From positions 74,868 through 138,867 of the forward strand of contig QCNO01000002.1 of the NCBI GenBank assembly GCA_003213165.1: 64,000 nucleotides of DNA, written 5' to 3'. The stretch comes from OCS155 cluster bacterium AG-426-D23 (GTDB lineage Bacteria; Actinomycetota; Acidimicrobiia; Actinomarinales; Actinomarinaceae). Below the pieces are notes generated by a model. The model did no database searches. It was given only the letters and a program-made list of their open reading frames with translations, and was not told the origin of the DNA. This document shows, piece by piece, positions 19,712 through 29,052 of this stretch (positions are counted from its first letter, which is position 1; every line of letters begins with the position of its first letter). A program made the position numbers and the translations under genes.

Positions 19712-21067
19712 CTATTTTTTGACTGACTCCAAAGCTACTTGAACTTTTTCAGACGGAAATTCGTAATCAACCATCTCTCCACTCAAAAAGTTTTCATAAG
19801 CTTTCATATCAAAGTGACCATGTCCACACATTGCTGTCAAAACGGCAATACTTTCAGAATTTTGGTCAGCATCTTTCACTGCCCTAATTGCTGATGCAAT
19901 TGCATGAGTTGCTTCTGGAGCAGGTACTATGCCCTCTGTCTTAGCAAATAGTTGACCAGCTTCAAAGCATTCTTTTTGACCAATCGCTTCTGCTTCTATT
20001 GCTTTGTCTTCATAAAGTGCACTCACAAGAGGAGCCATTCCATGGTATCTCAACCCACCGGCATGAATCGGATCAGGGACAAAACTTGAACCAAGAGTGT
20101 GCATTTTGACAACAGGTGCCATTCCTACTGAATCCCCAAAGTCATATGTGTAAACACCTTTAGTTAATGAAGGGCATGCCTCTGGTTCAACCGCACGAAT
20201 AATAGTTTTTTGCTCTGTTTTCATATTGTTCCTAGCAAACGGTGAAAATAGCCCAGTAAAGTTTGAACCACCACCAGTACAACCAACAATTATATCTGGG
20301 TAGTCATCAGCCATCTCCATTTGTTTCAGTGCTTCAAGACCAATTATTGATTGGTGCATGAGAACATGATTGAGGACGCTTCCTAATGCGTATCTTGTTC
20401 CTTCTTCCTTCCTTGCAACCTCAATTGCTTCAGAGATTGCTATTCCAAGGCTTCCTGGAGTATTTGGGTCTTCTGACAAAAATTGTTTACCGATATCAGT
20501 CCTCTCAGACGGGCTTGGATGGACAGTAGCACCATATATCTCCATCATTGTTTTTCTGTAAGGCTTTGACTCAAAAGACGCAGCTACTTGAAAAACTTCA
20601 AGCTCAATTCCAAAGGCTTGACATGCAAATGACAAAGCTGAACCCCACTGACCAGCACCCGTTTCTGTAACCATTTTTTTTATTCCTTCTTCTGCGTTGT
20701 AATATGCTTGAGGAATTGCGGTATTTGGCTTGTGAGAACCTGATGGTGACCCACCTTCGTATTTATAATATATTCTTGACTTTGTTCCCAAAGCCTTTTC
20801 AAGCCTTAAAGCCCTATACATCGGTGAAGGCCTGTATAGCTTATACAAATCTAAAACAGGTTCAGGAATATCTATATAGCTTTGGTCAGACACTTCCTGC
20901 AGAATCAACCCCATTGGGAATAACGGTGCTAAATCCTCTGGACCGATTGGATCCATAGTCTGTGGATTCAACTGCGGAGGTAAAGGATTCGGTAAATCAG
21001 GCACAATGTTGTACCACTGTTTTGGAATATCATTTTCATCTAATAAATATTTGTACTGTTCTTTCAT
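19712..21067 (-). CDS. trpB: TrpB2-type tryptophan synthase beta-like PLP enzyme
   Basis: 451 aa (long TrpB2 form); PLP lysine motif GGSPSGSHKPNTA; GCTGGGSNFTG glycine loop; RBS AAAGGAG. Confidence 0.92.
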   Translation of the reverse strand: MKEQYKYLLDENDIPKQWYNIVPDLPNPLPPQLNPQTMDPIGPEDLAPLFPMGLILQEVSDQSYIDIPEPVLDLYKLYRPSPMYRALRLEKALGTKSRIYYKYEGGSPSGSHKPNTAIPQAYYNAEEGIKKMVTETGAGQWGSALSFACQAFGIELEVFQVAASFESKPYRKTMMEIYGATVHPSPSERTDIGKQFLSEDPNTPGSLGIAISEAIEVARKEEGTRYALGSVLNHVLMHQSIIGLEALKQMEMADDYPDIIVGCTGGGSNFTGLFSPFARNNMKTEQKTIIRAVEPEACPSLTKGVYTYDFGDSVGMAPVVKMHTLGSSFVPDPIHAGGLRYHGMAPLVSALYEDKAIEAEAIGQKECFEAGQLFAKTEGIVPAPEATHAIASAIRAVKDADQNSESIAVLTAMCGHGHFDMKAYENFLSGEMVDYEFPSEKVQVALESVKK

Positions 21068-21120
21068 TTTTACTCCTTTGTTTGGGTTGAGCCCGGAGTT
21101 TTAATTTCAGTGACAGTAAC

Positions 21121-21145
21121 AAAAAAACCGGGCTGTGCCCGGTTT
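21121..21145 (-). terminator. intrinsic terminator acting as attenuator in the trpB2 leader
   Basis: Minus strand AAACCGGGC-ACA-GCCCGGTTT followed by a T7 run, 53 nt upstream of the trpB2 ATG. Confidence 0.75.
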
Positions 21146-21170
21146 AAGAACTAACTAGTGGGGCACCTAC

Positions 21171-21212
21171 CTATGTAGTTGACCACCAATTCCAGCTAGT
21201 TACATTTTTCAT
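21171..21212 (-). CDS. trpL: Trp-rich leader peptide (13 aa)
   Basis: ATG AAA AAT GTA ACT AGC TGG AAT TGG TGG TCA ACT ACA TAG = MKNVTSWNWWSTT*; 3 Trp codons. Confidence 0.7.
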   Translation of the reverse strand: MKNVTSWNWWSTT

Positions 21213-21219
21213 TACCTAT

Positions 21220-21247
21220 AAGGTACCAAATAATACTTAAGATGCAA
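21220..21247 (-). promoter_or_regulatory. promoter candidate for the leaderless trp leader transcript
   Basis: Minus strand TTGCAT -16 nt- TACCTT -7 nt- ATG(21212). Confidence 0.45.
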
Positions 21248-21290
21248 AATTTATTTAAGTAAAATTTTTAATTCTCCTATTCTTTATTAA

Positions 21291-22019
21291 ATGGAAAACA
21301 TAATACAAGCTACAAAGCTGACCAAAATTTATGGAGAAAAAGAAACTAGCGTTACAGCACTCGATAATGTCGATGTCCAATTTAATGAAAATGAATTTAC
21401 AGCAATAATGGGACCTTCTGGTTCTGGTAAGTCAACATTGCTTCATTGTTTAGCAGGTTTAGATAGACCAACATCAGGACAAATATTCCTGAAAGATCAA
21501 GATATATCAACTTTAAATGACAAACAATTAACAAAAATCAGGAGAGATAGTTTTGGATTTGTTTTTCAAGCTTTTAATTTAATACCAACACTAACTGCCG
21601 AAGAGAATATAACCTTGCCAGCATCTATTTCAGGTAAAAAACCAGATATGGACTGGATTAAACAAGTTGTAGAAACAGTTGATATCGGTGACAGATTAAC
21701 CCATAGGCCCAATGAGTTATCTGGTGGTCAACAGCAGAGGGTTGCTGCTGCCAGAGCAATGGCAACAAAGCCAGAGGTTATTTTTGCTGATGAGCCTTCA
21801 GGAAACTTAGACTCCAAATCAAGCAAAGAGCTCTTAACTTTCATGAAGTCTGTTGTGGAGGAATTAAACCAAACAATAATAATGGTGACACACGATCCAT
21901 ATGCTGCGTCTTATGCAAGCAGAGTAATTATGCTAAAAGATGGAAGCATTGCAAGCGATTTAAAAGAACCAACTCAAGAAGAAATTGTTGCAGAGGTTAC
22001 AGCACTAACTAATATCTGA
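21291..22019 (+). CDS. ABC transporter ATPase (MacB/LolD-like)
   Basis: GPSGSGKST, LSGGQQQRVAAARA, VIFADEPSGNLD. Confidence 0.92.
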   Translation: MENIIQATKLTKIYGEKETSVTALDNVDVQFNENEFTAIMGPSGSGKSTLLHCLAGLDRPTSGQIFLKDQDISTLNDKQLTKIRRDSFGFVFQAFNLIPTLTAEENITLPASISGKKPDMDWIKQVVETVDIGDRLTHRPNELSGGQQQRVAAARAMATKPEVIFADEPSGNLDSKSSKELLTFMKSVVEELNQTIIMVTHDPYAASYASRVIMLKDGSIASDLKEPTQEEIVAEVTALTNI

Positions 22020-24634
22020 TGTTTGGTTTTACAAAACGCCCTCTTTTTTTAATTGCATGGAAAAACTTAAAAACCTATCCAGTTAGAATTTTTCTCACTA
22101 CGTCTTCCATTATTCTTGGTGTCGCAGTAATCATTGCTTCAAACATATTTTCAGAGAGTAATAAATCTGCGTTCGACAACTTATTTTCAGGAATTTATGA
22201 AGGAGTTGACTTAGTAGTGCAGCCGATTCAGGAAGATTTTGCACAGGGTTTTAGTGGAGATGGAGGACAAGGCCCTATTTCTTTCGAGGTAAAAAAAATA
22301 CCCGATAATAGAATTCAGGAAATAGTAAACCTGCCTAGTGTAAGAGCTGCATGGGGTGAAGTTTTAGGATTTGCACAATTCATAAAAATTGTAGACGGTG
22401 AAACAGTATTAATTTCAAATGGATTTGCTCCTACATTTGGTGCCGCATGGGACAGTAATCCATATGCACAACAGTGGTCACTTGTAGAAGGACAACCACC
22501 AACAAACAAAAAAGAAGTTGTCATGGATGTTGTAACTGCTGAAAACCATAATTTCTCAGTGGGAGACAGGGTGACTGTTCTTGCCGGTGCGACTCCTGCA
22601 TCATTTACAATCGTTGGAATCGCAGAGTTTGCCAATGTTGGTGCACCAGGTGGCGCAACTTTCGCTTTATTTGAATTTAGAACTGCACAGGCACTTCTTG
22701 ATTCAAAAGGAGAAGTAGATCTTATCAATGTAGTTATAGAAAATAATTTTGATATTAACGATGTAAAAAATGATATAACAAATCTAGATTCAGAAAATTT
22801 AAATGTAATTAACGCTCAAGAAGCTGCGGCTGAACAAGCTGATTCAATTAAACAGGGGCTAGATTTTTTTAACACAATACTTAATGTCTTTGCAGGGATT
22901 GCAATTTTTGTTGGTGCTTTTATTATTCAAAATACCTTCAGAATACTTTTACTTCAAAGAACAAAAGAACTGTCTTTGCTTAGAGCGCTCGGCACATCTA
23001 AAAGACAGATCTATAGGTTGGTCATATCTGAATCATTGTTTATGTCAATAATAGGATCAGGGCTTGGTATAGCTTTAGGTATTGGACTAGCAGTAGCAGT
23101 TAAAGAGGGGTTACAGTATTTTGAATTTGGTCTTCCTGACGGCCCTTTGGTTCTGACTACAGAAGCTGCAATCACAGGATTAATTATTGGTATTACAGTT
23201 ACAATCTTTTCTTCTCTGCTCCCTGCTAGAAAAGCTTCACAAGTAAGCCCAATGGAAGCAATCAGAGACAGTGTTTCAACCCCACAAAGAAAGTCTTTAC
23301 TTGCAAGACTTCTGTTTGGCTCGATAATTTCTATTGTTGGATTTGGAGTACTGTTTGGAGTTTTGTATGACTTCTTAGATCTCCCAACCTTATCATCCTT
23401 GCAACAAGTTGGATTTGGTGCAGGTGTTATATTTATTGGAATCTCAGTTGTAACCCCGTCTATAACGAAGCCTTTTGTTTTTATATTTGATAAAATTTAC
23501 AACTTATTATTTGGAATCTTAGGCAAATTAGCAACTGAAAACTCTAAAAGAACTCCAAGAAGAACTGCATCTACAGCTTCGGCTTTAATGATTGGCCTTA
23601 CATTGATTTCTTTAGCAAACGTTATTACAACCTCGTTTAAGGCACAGGCAGAGTCCTTAATTAGCGAAGTTATTCTTGCAGACTATCAGGTGAGTGCGGC
23701 AAATGTTTTTGCTTCTCCAGGTATTCCAACAGGTTTGTCAGAGGAACTTTTACAGCTCGATGAAGTAACCAAGCTCTCAAGAACAAGAGCGACAGTTGTT
23801 GGATTTAACGACAGACCACTGATATTGGGTGCTGTTGATGAGACTGTTTTTGATCTTGTAAAAACTGATGATGTATCTGGAGATAGAAAAGACTTTCTTG
23901 ATGAGAATGCCATAGGAATATTAAAACAAACAGCAGAAAGGGAAGAGCTTTTTGTTGGAGACGAAGTTGTTTTAACAATTCCTGAAGAAGGAGAAAGAAC
24001 ATTTACCGTGTCTTACATATTTGACTGGACTACACAACCTCCAGCAGAGTTCTTTGTCTTACTTGAAAATAACTCTTTCTTTTCGGATGAGTCTTTAGAC
24101 ACAGAACTATATTTCAATGTTGATAAAAAAACACCAGAGTTAGAAGAGAAAATTAATGCAATTGTTGATGAATATCCAGGAGTAGAAATAAGAGATGAAG
24201 ACGGTCTGGTTGAAGAGGCTAACAACCAAATCCAGTTACTTTTGAATGTAATATACGGATTCCTATCGATATCTATTTTTGTAGCACTATTTGGAATAAC
24301 TAACACACTATCTCTTTCTGTTTTTGAAAGAACAAGAGAAATAGGTCTTATGAGAGCTATTGGCACTTATAGAAAACAAATAAGAAGAATGATCTTTATT
24401 GAATCATCGATAATTTCAATATTTGGAGCAGCATTAGGAACTAGTCTAGGTATATTTTTTGCCTGGAGTCTCATACAAACTCTTGCTGACGAAGGATTCA
24501 CAGTATTTGCAGTGTCTATCCCTCAAACAGCATTATGGATTGGAATTTCGATTATTGCCGGAGTGATAGCTGCAATACTTCCTGCAATTCGAGCATCAAG
24601 ACAAAATATTCTTGAAGCCATCTCTTATGAGTAA
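22019..24634 (+). CDS. FtsX-family ABC permease with two FtsX modules
   Basis: 871 aa, two MacB_PCD/FtsX halves (LRALGTSKRQI and MRAIGTYRKQI); ATGA-type overlap with the ATPase. Confidence 0.9.
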   Translation: MFGFTKRPLFLIAWKNLKTYPVRIFLTTSSIILGVAVIIASNIFSESNKSAFDNLFSGIYEGVDLVVQPIQEDFAQGFSGDGGQGPISFEVKKIPDNRIQEIVNLPSVRAAWGEVLGFAQFIKIVDGETVLISNGFAPTFGAAWDSNPYAQQWSLVEGQPPTNKKEVVMDVVTAENHNFSVGDRVTVLAGATPASFTIVGIAEFANVGAPGGATFALFEFRTAQALLDSKGEVDLINVVIENNFDINDVKNDITNLDSENLNVINAQEAAAEQADSIKQGLDFFNTILNVFAGIAIFVGAFIIQNTFRILLLQRTKELSLLRALGTSKRQIYRLVISESLFMSIIGSGLGIALGIGLAVAVKEGLQYFEFGLPDGPLVLTTEAAITGLIIGITVTIFSSLLPARKASQVSPMEAIRDSVSTPQRKSLLARLLFGSIISIVGFGVLFGVLYDFLDLPTLSSLQQVGFGAGVIFIGISVVTPSITKPFVFIFDKIYNLLFGILGKLATENSKRTPRRTASTASALMIGLTLISLANVITTSFKAQAESLISEVILADYQVSAANVFASPGIPTGLSEELLQLDEVTKLSRTRATVVGFNDRPLILGAVDETVFDLVKTDDVSGDRKDFLDENAIGILKQTAEREELFVGDEVVLTIPEEGERTFTVSYIFDWTTQPPAEFFVLLENNSFFSDESLDTELYFNVDKKTPELEEKINAIVDEYPGVEIRDEDGLVEEANNQIQLLLNVIYGFLSISIFVALFGITNTLSLSVFERTREIGLMRAIGTYRKQIRRMIFIESSIISIFGAALGTSLGIFFAWSLIQTLADEGFTVFAVSIPQTALWIGISIIAGVIAAILPAIRASRQNILEAISYE

Positions 24635-24659
24635 AACATACAGGACTTAATATTACAAT

Positions 24660-25955
24660 ATGGCTCAACAAGAGATAATCAATTTGCTTTCTGAGATGGT
24701 AAAAATTCCATCCATAAGTTCTGATAAAGATCATAGAGATGATGTGGATGCTTCGGCCCAATTCGTAGAGAACTTATTTGCAGACCTTGGTCTTAATACA
24801 CAAGTTATCAAAGTACCAGGAGGAATGCCTGCTGTAGTTGCTCACACTGAGATTGATCCAGATAAAAAGACTGTACTTTTATATGCTCACCATGATGTTC
24901 AGCCTGTCGGAGATATAAGTTTATGGAACACTGACCCTTTTCAGCCAGAACTGATTGATGGAAGACTATTTGGTAGAGGATCTGGAGATAATAAATCTGG
25001 AGTAGTGGTACATTACAACGTCATAAAACAATTAATTGATGAACTACCTGTAAACATAAAAGTGTTTATTGAAGGTGAAGAAGAAATTGGGTCTCCAACA
25101 ATGGCTTTATTCATAGAGCAAAACAGAGAGGCACTTGAGGCAGATGTAATAATTATTGCCGATTCTGGAAATGTAAAAATTGGAGTACCAACTATTACAA
25201 CAACCCTTAGAGGTTTAGTTGATGGAATTATTGAAGTTGATCAACCAATGAGGCCAATTCATTCAGGTGTTGGAGGAGGTGTTGTACCAGATGCTTTTAT
25301 GGTACTCAGTAGAATCATTTCCTCGTTTCATGATGACAAAGGAAATCTTATGATAGAGGGTTTAACTTCTACAGATATGAAAGTTACCGAACTTGAGGAG
25401 TCCTTTCTTAAAAAAATGCTTGGCTCAGATGATATTGCCCTTTTTGACACTGAAAGTATTTCAAAGAGACTCTGGTTAGAGCCAGCGTTAGATGTGCTTG
25501 CAATCGACGCCCCGCCAGTAAAAGAAGCTGTTAACTTAGTTATTCCAACAGCTAGGGCAAAAGTTAGTTTAAGACTTCCGCCAACAGAAGACCCAGATCA
25601 TGCAATGAAGATGCTCGAGGAGCACATAATGAAAAATATTCCTTGGGATGCATCAGTTAAGTTTATTCCTAACTCTAAAGGCTCCGGAGTTGTGGCAGAT
25701 CCAAACAAACCCTTCACTACAGAATTAGTAAATAGTTTTAACTCTACTTGGGAAAATGAAACTGCATATATAGGAGTAGGTGGATCAATTCCTTTTGCTA
25801 ATGATTTTGTCAGAGAGTTTCCAAATGCAGAGCTTGTCTTAATTGGGGCTGCAGATGAAGAACTTGGAAATGCTCATGCTCCAAATGAGAGCGTACAAAT
25901 CGACCATATTGAGATGCTTATCGAAAGTCTTGTTAAGACTTTGAAGAATATTTAG
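24660..25955 (+). CDS. M20-family dipeptidase
   Basis: YAHHDVQP, GRGSGDNKSG, IEGEEEIGS metal/catalytic motifs. Confidence 0.85.
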   Translation: MAQQEIINLLSEMVKIPSISSDKDHRDDVDASAQFVENLFADLGLNTQVIKVPGGMPAVVAHTEIDPDKKTVLLYAHHDVQPVGDISLWNTDPFQPELIDGRLFGRGSGDNKSGVVVHYNVIKQLIDELPVNIKVFIEGEEEIGSPTMALFIEQNREALEADVIIIADSGNVKIGVPTITTTLRGLVDGIIEVDQPMRPIHSGVGGGVVPDAFMVLSRIISSFHDDKGNLMIEGLTSTDMKVTELEESFLKKMLGSDDIALFDTESISKRLWLEPALDVLAIDAPPVKEAVNLVIPTARAKVSLRLPPTEDPDHAMKMLEEHIMKNIPWDASVKFIPNSKGSGVVADPNKPFTTELVNSFNSTWENETAYIGVGGSIPFANDFVREFPNAELVLIGAADEELGNAHAPNESVQIDHIEMLIESLVKTLKNI

Positions 25956-25972
25956 ACCCTAAAACTACATAA

Positions 25973-27004
25973 ATGGAAATAGGAATAGACTCATTTGCTA
26001 AGAAGACTTTAACAAATGAAGGTGGCACTGTTGACGATGATGCAAAGGCCATGTCGGAGCTCATTGAACGAATTGTACATGCCGATAAAGTTGGGATTGA
26101 TGTTTTTGGTCTTGGGGAACACCATAGAGAAGAGTTTCTAGACTCTGCAGCACATAATATACTCTCAGCTGCAGCATCAAAAACAGATAGTATACGATTA
26201 ACTAGTGCAGTCGCAGTAATTAGTGCAATGGATCCAGTAAGATTATTTCAAAATTACTCAACATTAGATTTGATTTCTAACGGCAGAGCAGAAATAGTCG
26301 CAGGTAGAGGATCTTTTACGGAGGCTTTTCCTTTATTTGGACTTGACTTTAGTGATTATGACGACCTCTATGCTGAGAAACTTGATCTTCTTTTGAAAAT
26401 TAGAGATGAACAACAAGTTACTTGGTCCGGAAGATTTAGACCATCTTTAGAAAATCAGATTGTTTATCCGAGGCCTGTTCAAAAAAAATTACCAATATGG
26501 GTAGGTGTTGGAGGAACTCCCGCATCATTTGTGCGAGCAGGTTCCTTAGGCCTACCTCTTATGATTGCTGTAATTGGAGGTGAGACACATAGGTTTAAGC
26601 CGTTAGTTGATCTTTACTATAAAGCAGCTGAAGAGGCAGGCCATGAAAAATCTTCCTTGAAAATAGGACTTCACTCACTTGGTTTTGTGGCAAACACAAA
26701 AGAAGAAGCAGTGGAAAAATACTATCCGGGTTATAGAGTATGGTTTAACCAAATTGGCAAAGAGCGTGGCTGGCCACCAGTTACTTTGGAGAGATTTGAA
26801 CAACAAATTGGTGACTTAGGTGCCTATGTTATTGGAGATCCAGAAGAAGTTGCTGATAAATTAGTCAGACATAGTAAGGCTTTGGGAGGTATTTCACGTT
26901 TTACTTTTCAAATAGACAATGCTGGTCTGTCTCATGATGACCTTCTTCAGACATTTACCCTCATCGGGCAAAAAGTAAAACCGTTAGTTCTCGAAAAGTC
27001 CTAG
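25973..27004 (+). CDS. LLM-class (luciferase-like) flavin/F420-dependent oxidoreductase
   Basis: TIM-barrel LLM pattern GLGEHH..., ISNGRAEIVAGRGS, size 343 aa. Confidence 0.8.
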   Translation: MEIGIDSFAKKTLTNEGGTVDDDAKAMSELIERIVHADKVGIDVFGLGEHHREEFLDSAAHNILSAAASKTDSIRLTSAVAVISAMDPVRLFQNYSTLDLISNGRAEIVAGRGSFTEAFPLFGLDFSDYDDLYAEKLDLLLKIRDEQQVTWSGRFRPSLENQIVYPRPVQKKLPIWVGVGGTPASFVRAGSLGLPLMIAVIGGETHRFKPLVDLYYKAAEEAGHEKSSLKIGLHSLGFVANTKEEAVEKYYPGYRVWFNQIGKERGWPPVTLERFEQQIGDLGAYVIGDPEEVADKLVRHSKALGGISRFTFQIDNAGLSHDDLLQTFTLIGQKVKPLVLEKS

Positions 27005-27005
27005 A

Positions 27006-27047
27006 TTTACACAAACTTTACACAAATTTAACAAAATCCAACACAAG
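27006..27047 (+). promoter_or_regulatory. 11-bp periodic direct repeats abutting a TAGAAT -10
   Basis: TTTACACAAA(c)TTTACACAAA(t)TTAACAAAA(tc)CAACACAAG, then TAGAAT at 27064-27069. Confidence 0.4.
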
Positions 27048-27138
27048 CCCAATAAAAATTTTGTAGAATAGCCATGTAATTTAGGGAAGATAGATTACAT
27101 ATACAAATTAATAAAAGAAACTTAGGGAAGGAAGTTTT

Positions 27139-27723
27139 ATGAAAACATTTTTTACACAGCCGATTGGCCAACTTGGAAGACAAAACTCACTTGGATTTAT
27201 AGGAATAAATGTGGTTTTGTTGGTTGTATTTTTTGGGGAACTCGATATTTCAACAGGATTAGGTAATTTTATAAATTTTCTTTGGGGATTTTCACTATTT
27301 TCAATAATTCTTGCAGGATACTATTTGGTTCAAGACCAGGTACCAAGCTACTGGAGAGAGGCTTCAGCGATTTTAGGGGGAGTAATAATTGTGGGAACTC
27401 TTATAGAAATCTCCTCACCAGAATATACATTGGATAACGGTGGTTTTGCTCCAATGTATTTTTTATGGGCTTTCAACTCATTGATTTATGTTCTTACCAT
27501 GAGAGGTACGGGTATATTTAGACCAATTTATGAATATTTTAGTATCTTTGGTTATATTTCGATCTTTGTTGCCTCTGGTTCAAACGTGTTTCTTGATTAT
27601 GTAATACCAGAATCTATTCAACCAATATTTGGACTTGGTTGGATCGCAATGGTTATTGGATTAGGTTATGGTAGCTATGTTGCTTGGGGTGACAAACTAG
27701 CTTCAGGTAGTGAGTTGGAATAA
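27139..27723 (+). CDS. polytopic membrane protein, unknown
   Basis: 194 aa, 5-6 hydrophobic helices; RBS GGGAAGGAAG; first gene of the array. Confidence 0.65.
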   Translation: MKTFFTQPIGQLGRQNSLGFIGINVVLLVVFFGELDISTGLGNFINFLWGFSLFSIILAGYYLVQDQVPSYWREASAILGGVIIVGTLIEISSPEYTLDNGGFAPMYFLWAFNSLIYVLTMRGTGIFRPIYEYFSIFGYISIFVASGSNVFLDYVIPESIQPIFGLGWIAMVIGLGYGSYVAWGDKLASGSELE

Positions 27724-27757
27724 TTATAAAAATACATAATTAAGAAAGGAATAATTA

Positions 27758-28390
27758 ATGATAAGTAGAGAAGAAGCAAGACTTGGAACAATAATGTCGA
27801 ATTTTTTTGTTGGTCTAATTCTTGTTAATTTTGGTATTCAAATATTTGTATTAGGACCAGACCAGGTGGGTTACGACTCAACTTGGGGACCAGTACTTTC
27901 TGTTACAGGATTTGCTTTGGGGTTCTCGCTTTTATTTGTGTTTTACATAACAACAAAATTATTTGGAGGACCTAATAACCCATATGTTACAATCGCTGGT
28001 TCTATTGCTTTTGTTGCACAAGTTGTCACAACAATTGGAAGCTTTGCACAGGTTGATGCCTACAACAATGCAGACGCATTTTTAAATGCAAATGAAGTTG
28101 GAAACGCTGTTGGAGGAGTTACATCTGGATGGGGAATCACTATCGGTATCTTTGGTTTAGTTGCTTTAAGAACTTCAAAAAGTGTAGAGTTAATTCCTAG
28201 ATATGGAGTATTTGCGGGATATGGTGGTGCAACATTGATCATTGTTTCAACACTTGGATTCGCACTTGGAATACTCCCTGACACCTTAGGAATCGCTGTA
28301 TCTGCTTTAGGTGGGTTATTACTATACCCATTATTTATATTTTCTCTAGGAAAAGCTTTTACAAACTCACAAAACACACAAACTGAATAG
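27758..28390 (+). CDS. membrane protein, paralogue A of the 29053 gene
   Basis: Shares GPDQxGYDxxxGP near the N-terminus and LYPLFIFxLxKAF at the C-terminus with 29053..29664. Confidence 0.7.
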   Translation: MISREEARLGTIMSNFFVGLILVNFGIQIFVLGPDQVGYDSTWGPVLSVTGFALGFSLLFVFYITTKLFGGPNNPYVTIAGSIAFVAQVVTTIGSFAQVDAYNNADAFLNANEVGNAVGGVTSGWGITIGIFGLVALRTSKSVELIPRYGVFAGYGGATLIIVSTLGFALGILPDTLGIAVSALGGLLLYPLFIFSLGKAFTNSQNTQTE

Positions 28391-28399
28391 GAGGTCGAT

Positions 28400-29041
28400 A
28401 TGTTTGTAAGATTAACTCTCGCAGACGTGAACGAGGGTCAAATGGATAATGCTCTTGAATACGTCAAAAATACAGTTATACCCTCTTACGATGGAATTTC
28501 TGGTTTATTAGGGATAGCAGCCTGTGCTACAAATGATGGAAGATTTATGGCTTGGTCTACTTGGGCTAATGAAGAGGCAAAAGATGCAGCAATCGATACA
28601 TTTAATCAAGCTCTAGCAGGAGCGGGAGAGATGCTTGCAGGTCAGCCAGAGGTGATGGAGGGACCTATGGTTGCTGGACAACAATATATTGCAGTACCAA
28701 AAGATGGTGAAGAGGGATTCTTTGCGAGATTTGTTTTAGGTGGAGGCACTCAAGAGGGTAAAACCTATGATGATATTGCTGAATTTATGACCAACACGGT
28801 TTACCCAGCTTACGAAAATGTTGATGGAATTTATGGAACGGGAGCTTGTAAGGTTGCGGAGGATAAAGGATTTAGTTTTAACTTTTGGACTAATCATGAT
28901 GCTGCACATGAAGCATCAGATGTAATTGCATCAGTTGTTTCAGATGCAGTTGCAAATCTTATTTCAGAAGCACCCCAGGAAATAACTGGTCAATGTGATA
29001 TTTGGAAAAATTATGTTGATTTTCCTGTTGGAAAATTGTAA
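28400..29041 (+). CDS. soluble protein with two tandem ABM/Dabb-like (ferredoxin-fold) halves, paralogue 1
   Basis: Internal duplication (MFVRLTL...WSTWANEEA / FFARFVL...FNFWTNHDA); RBS AGGAGG. Confidence 0.65.
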   Translation: MFVRLTLADVNEGQMDNALEYVKNTVIPSYDGISGLLGIAACATNDGRFMAWSTWANEEAKDAAIDTFNQALAGAGEMLAGQPEVMEGPMVAGQQYIAVPKDGEEGFFARFVLGGGTQEGKTYDDIAEFMTNTVYPAYENVDGIYGTGACKVAEDKGFSFNFWTNHDAAHEASDVIASVVSDAVANLISEAPQEITGQCDIWKNYVDFPVGKL

Positions 29042-29052
29042 GAAAGGAAAAA

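Noticed and set aside
21068-21250. T-box or other riboswitch as the explanation for the structured trpB2 leader.
   Set aside because: The leader is too short (about 145 nt), and I could not find a specifier loop or T-box sequence. The W-W-W mini-ORF plus overlapping alternative helices explains the structure better.
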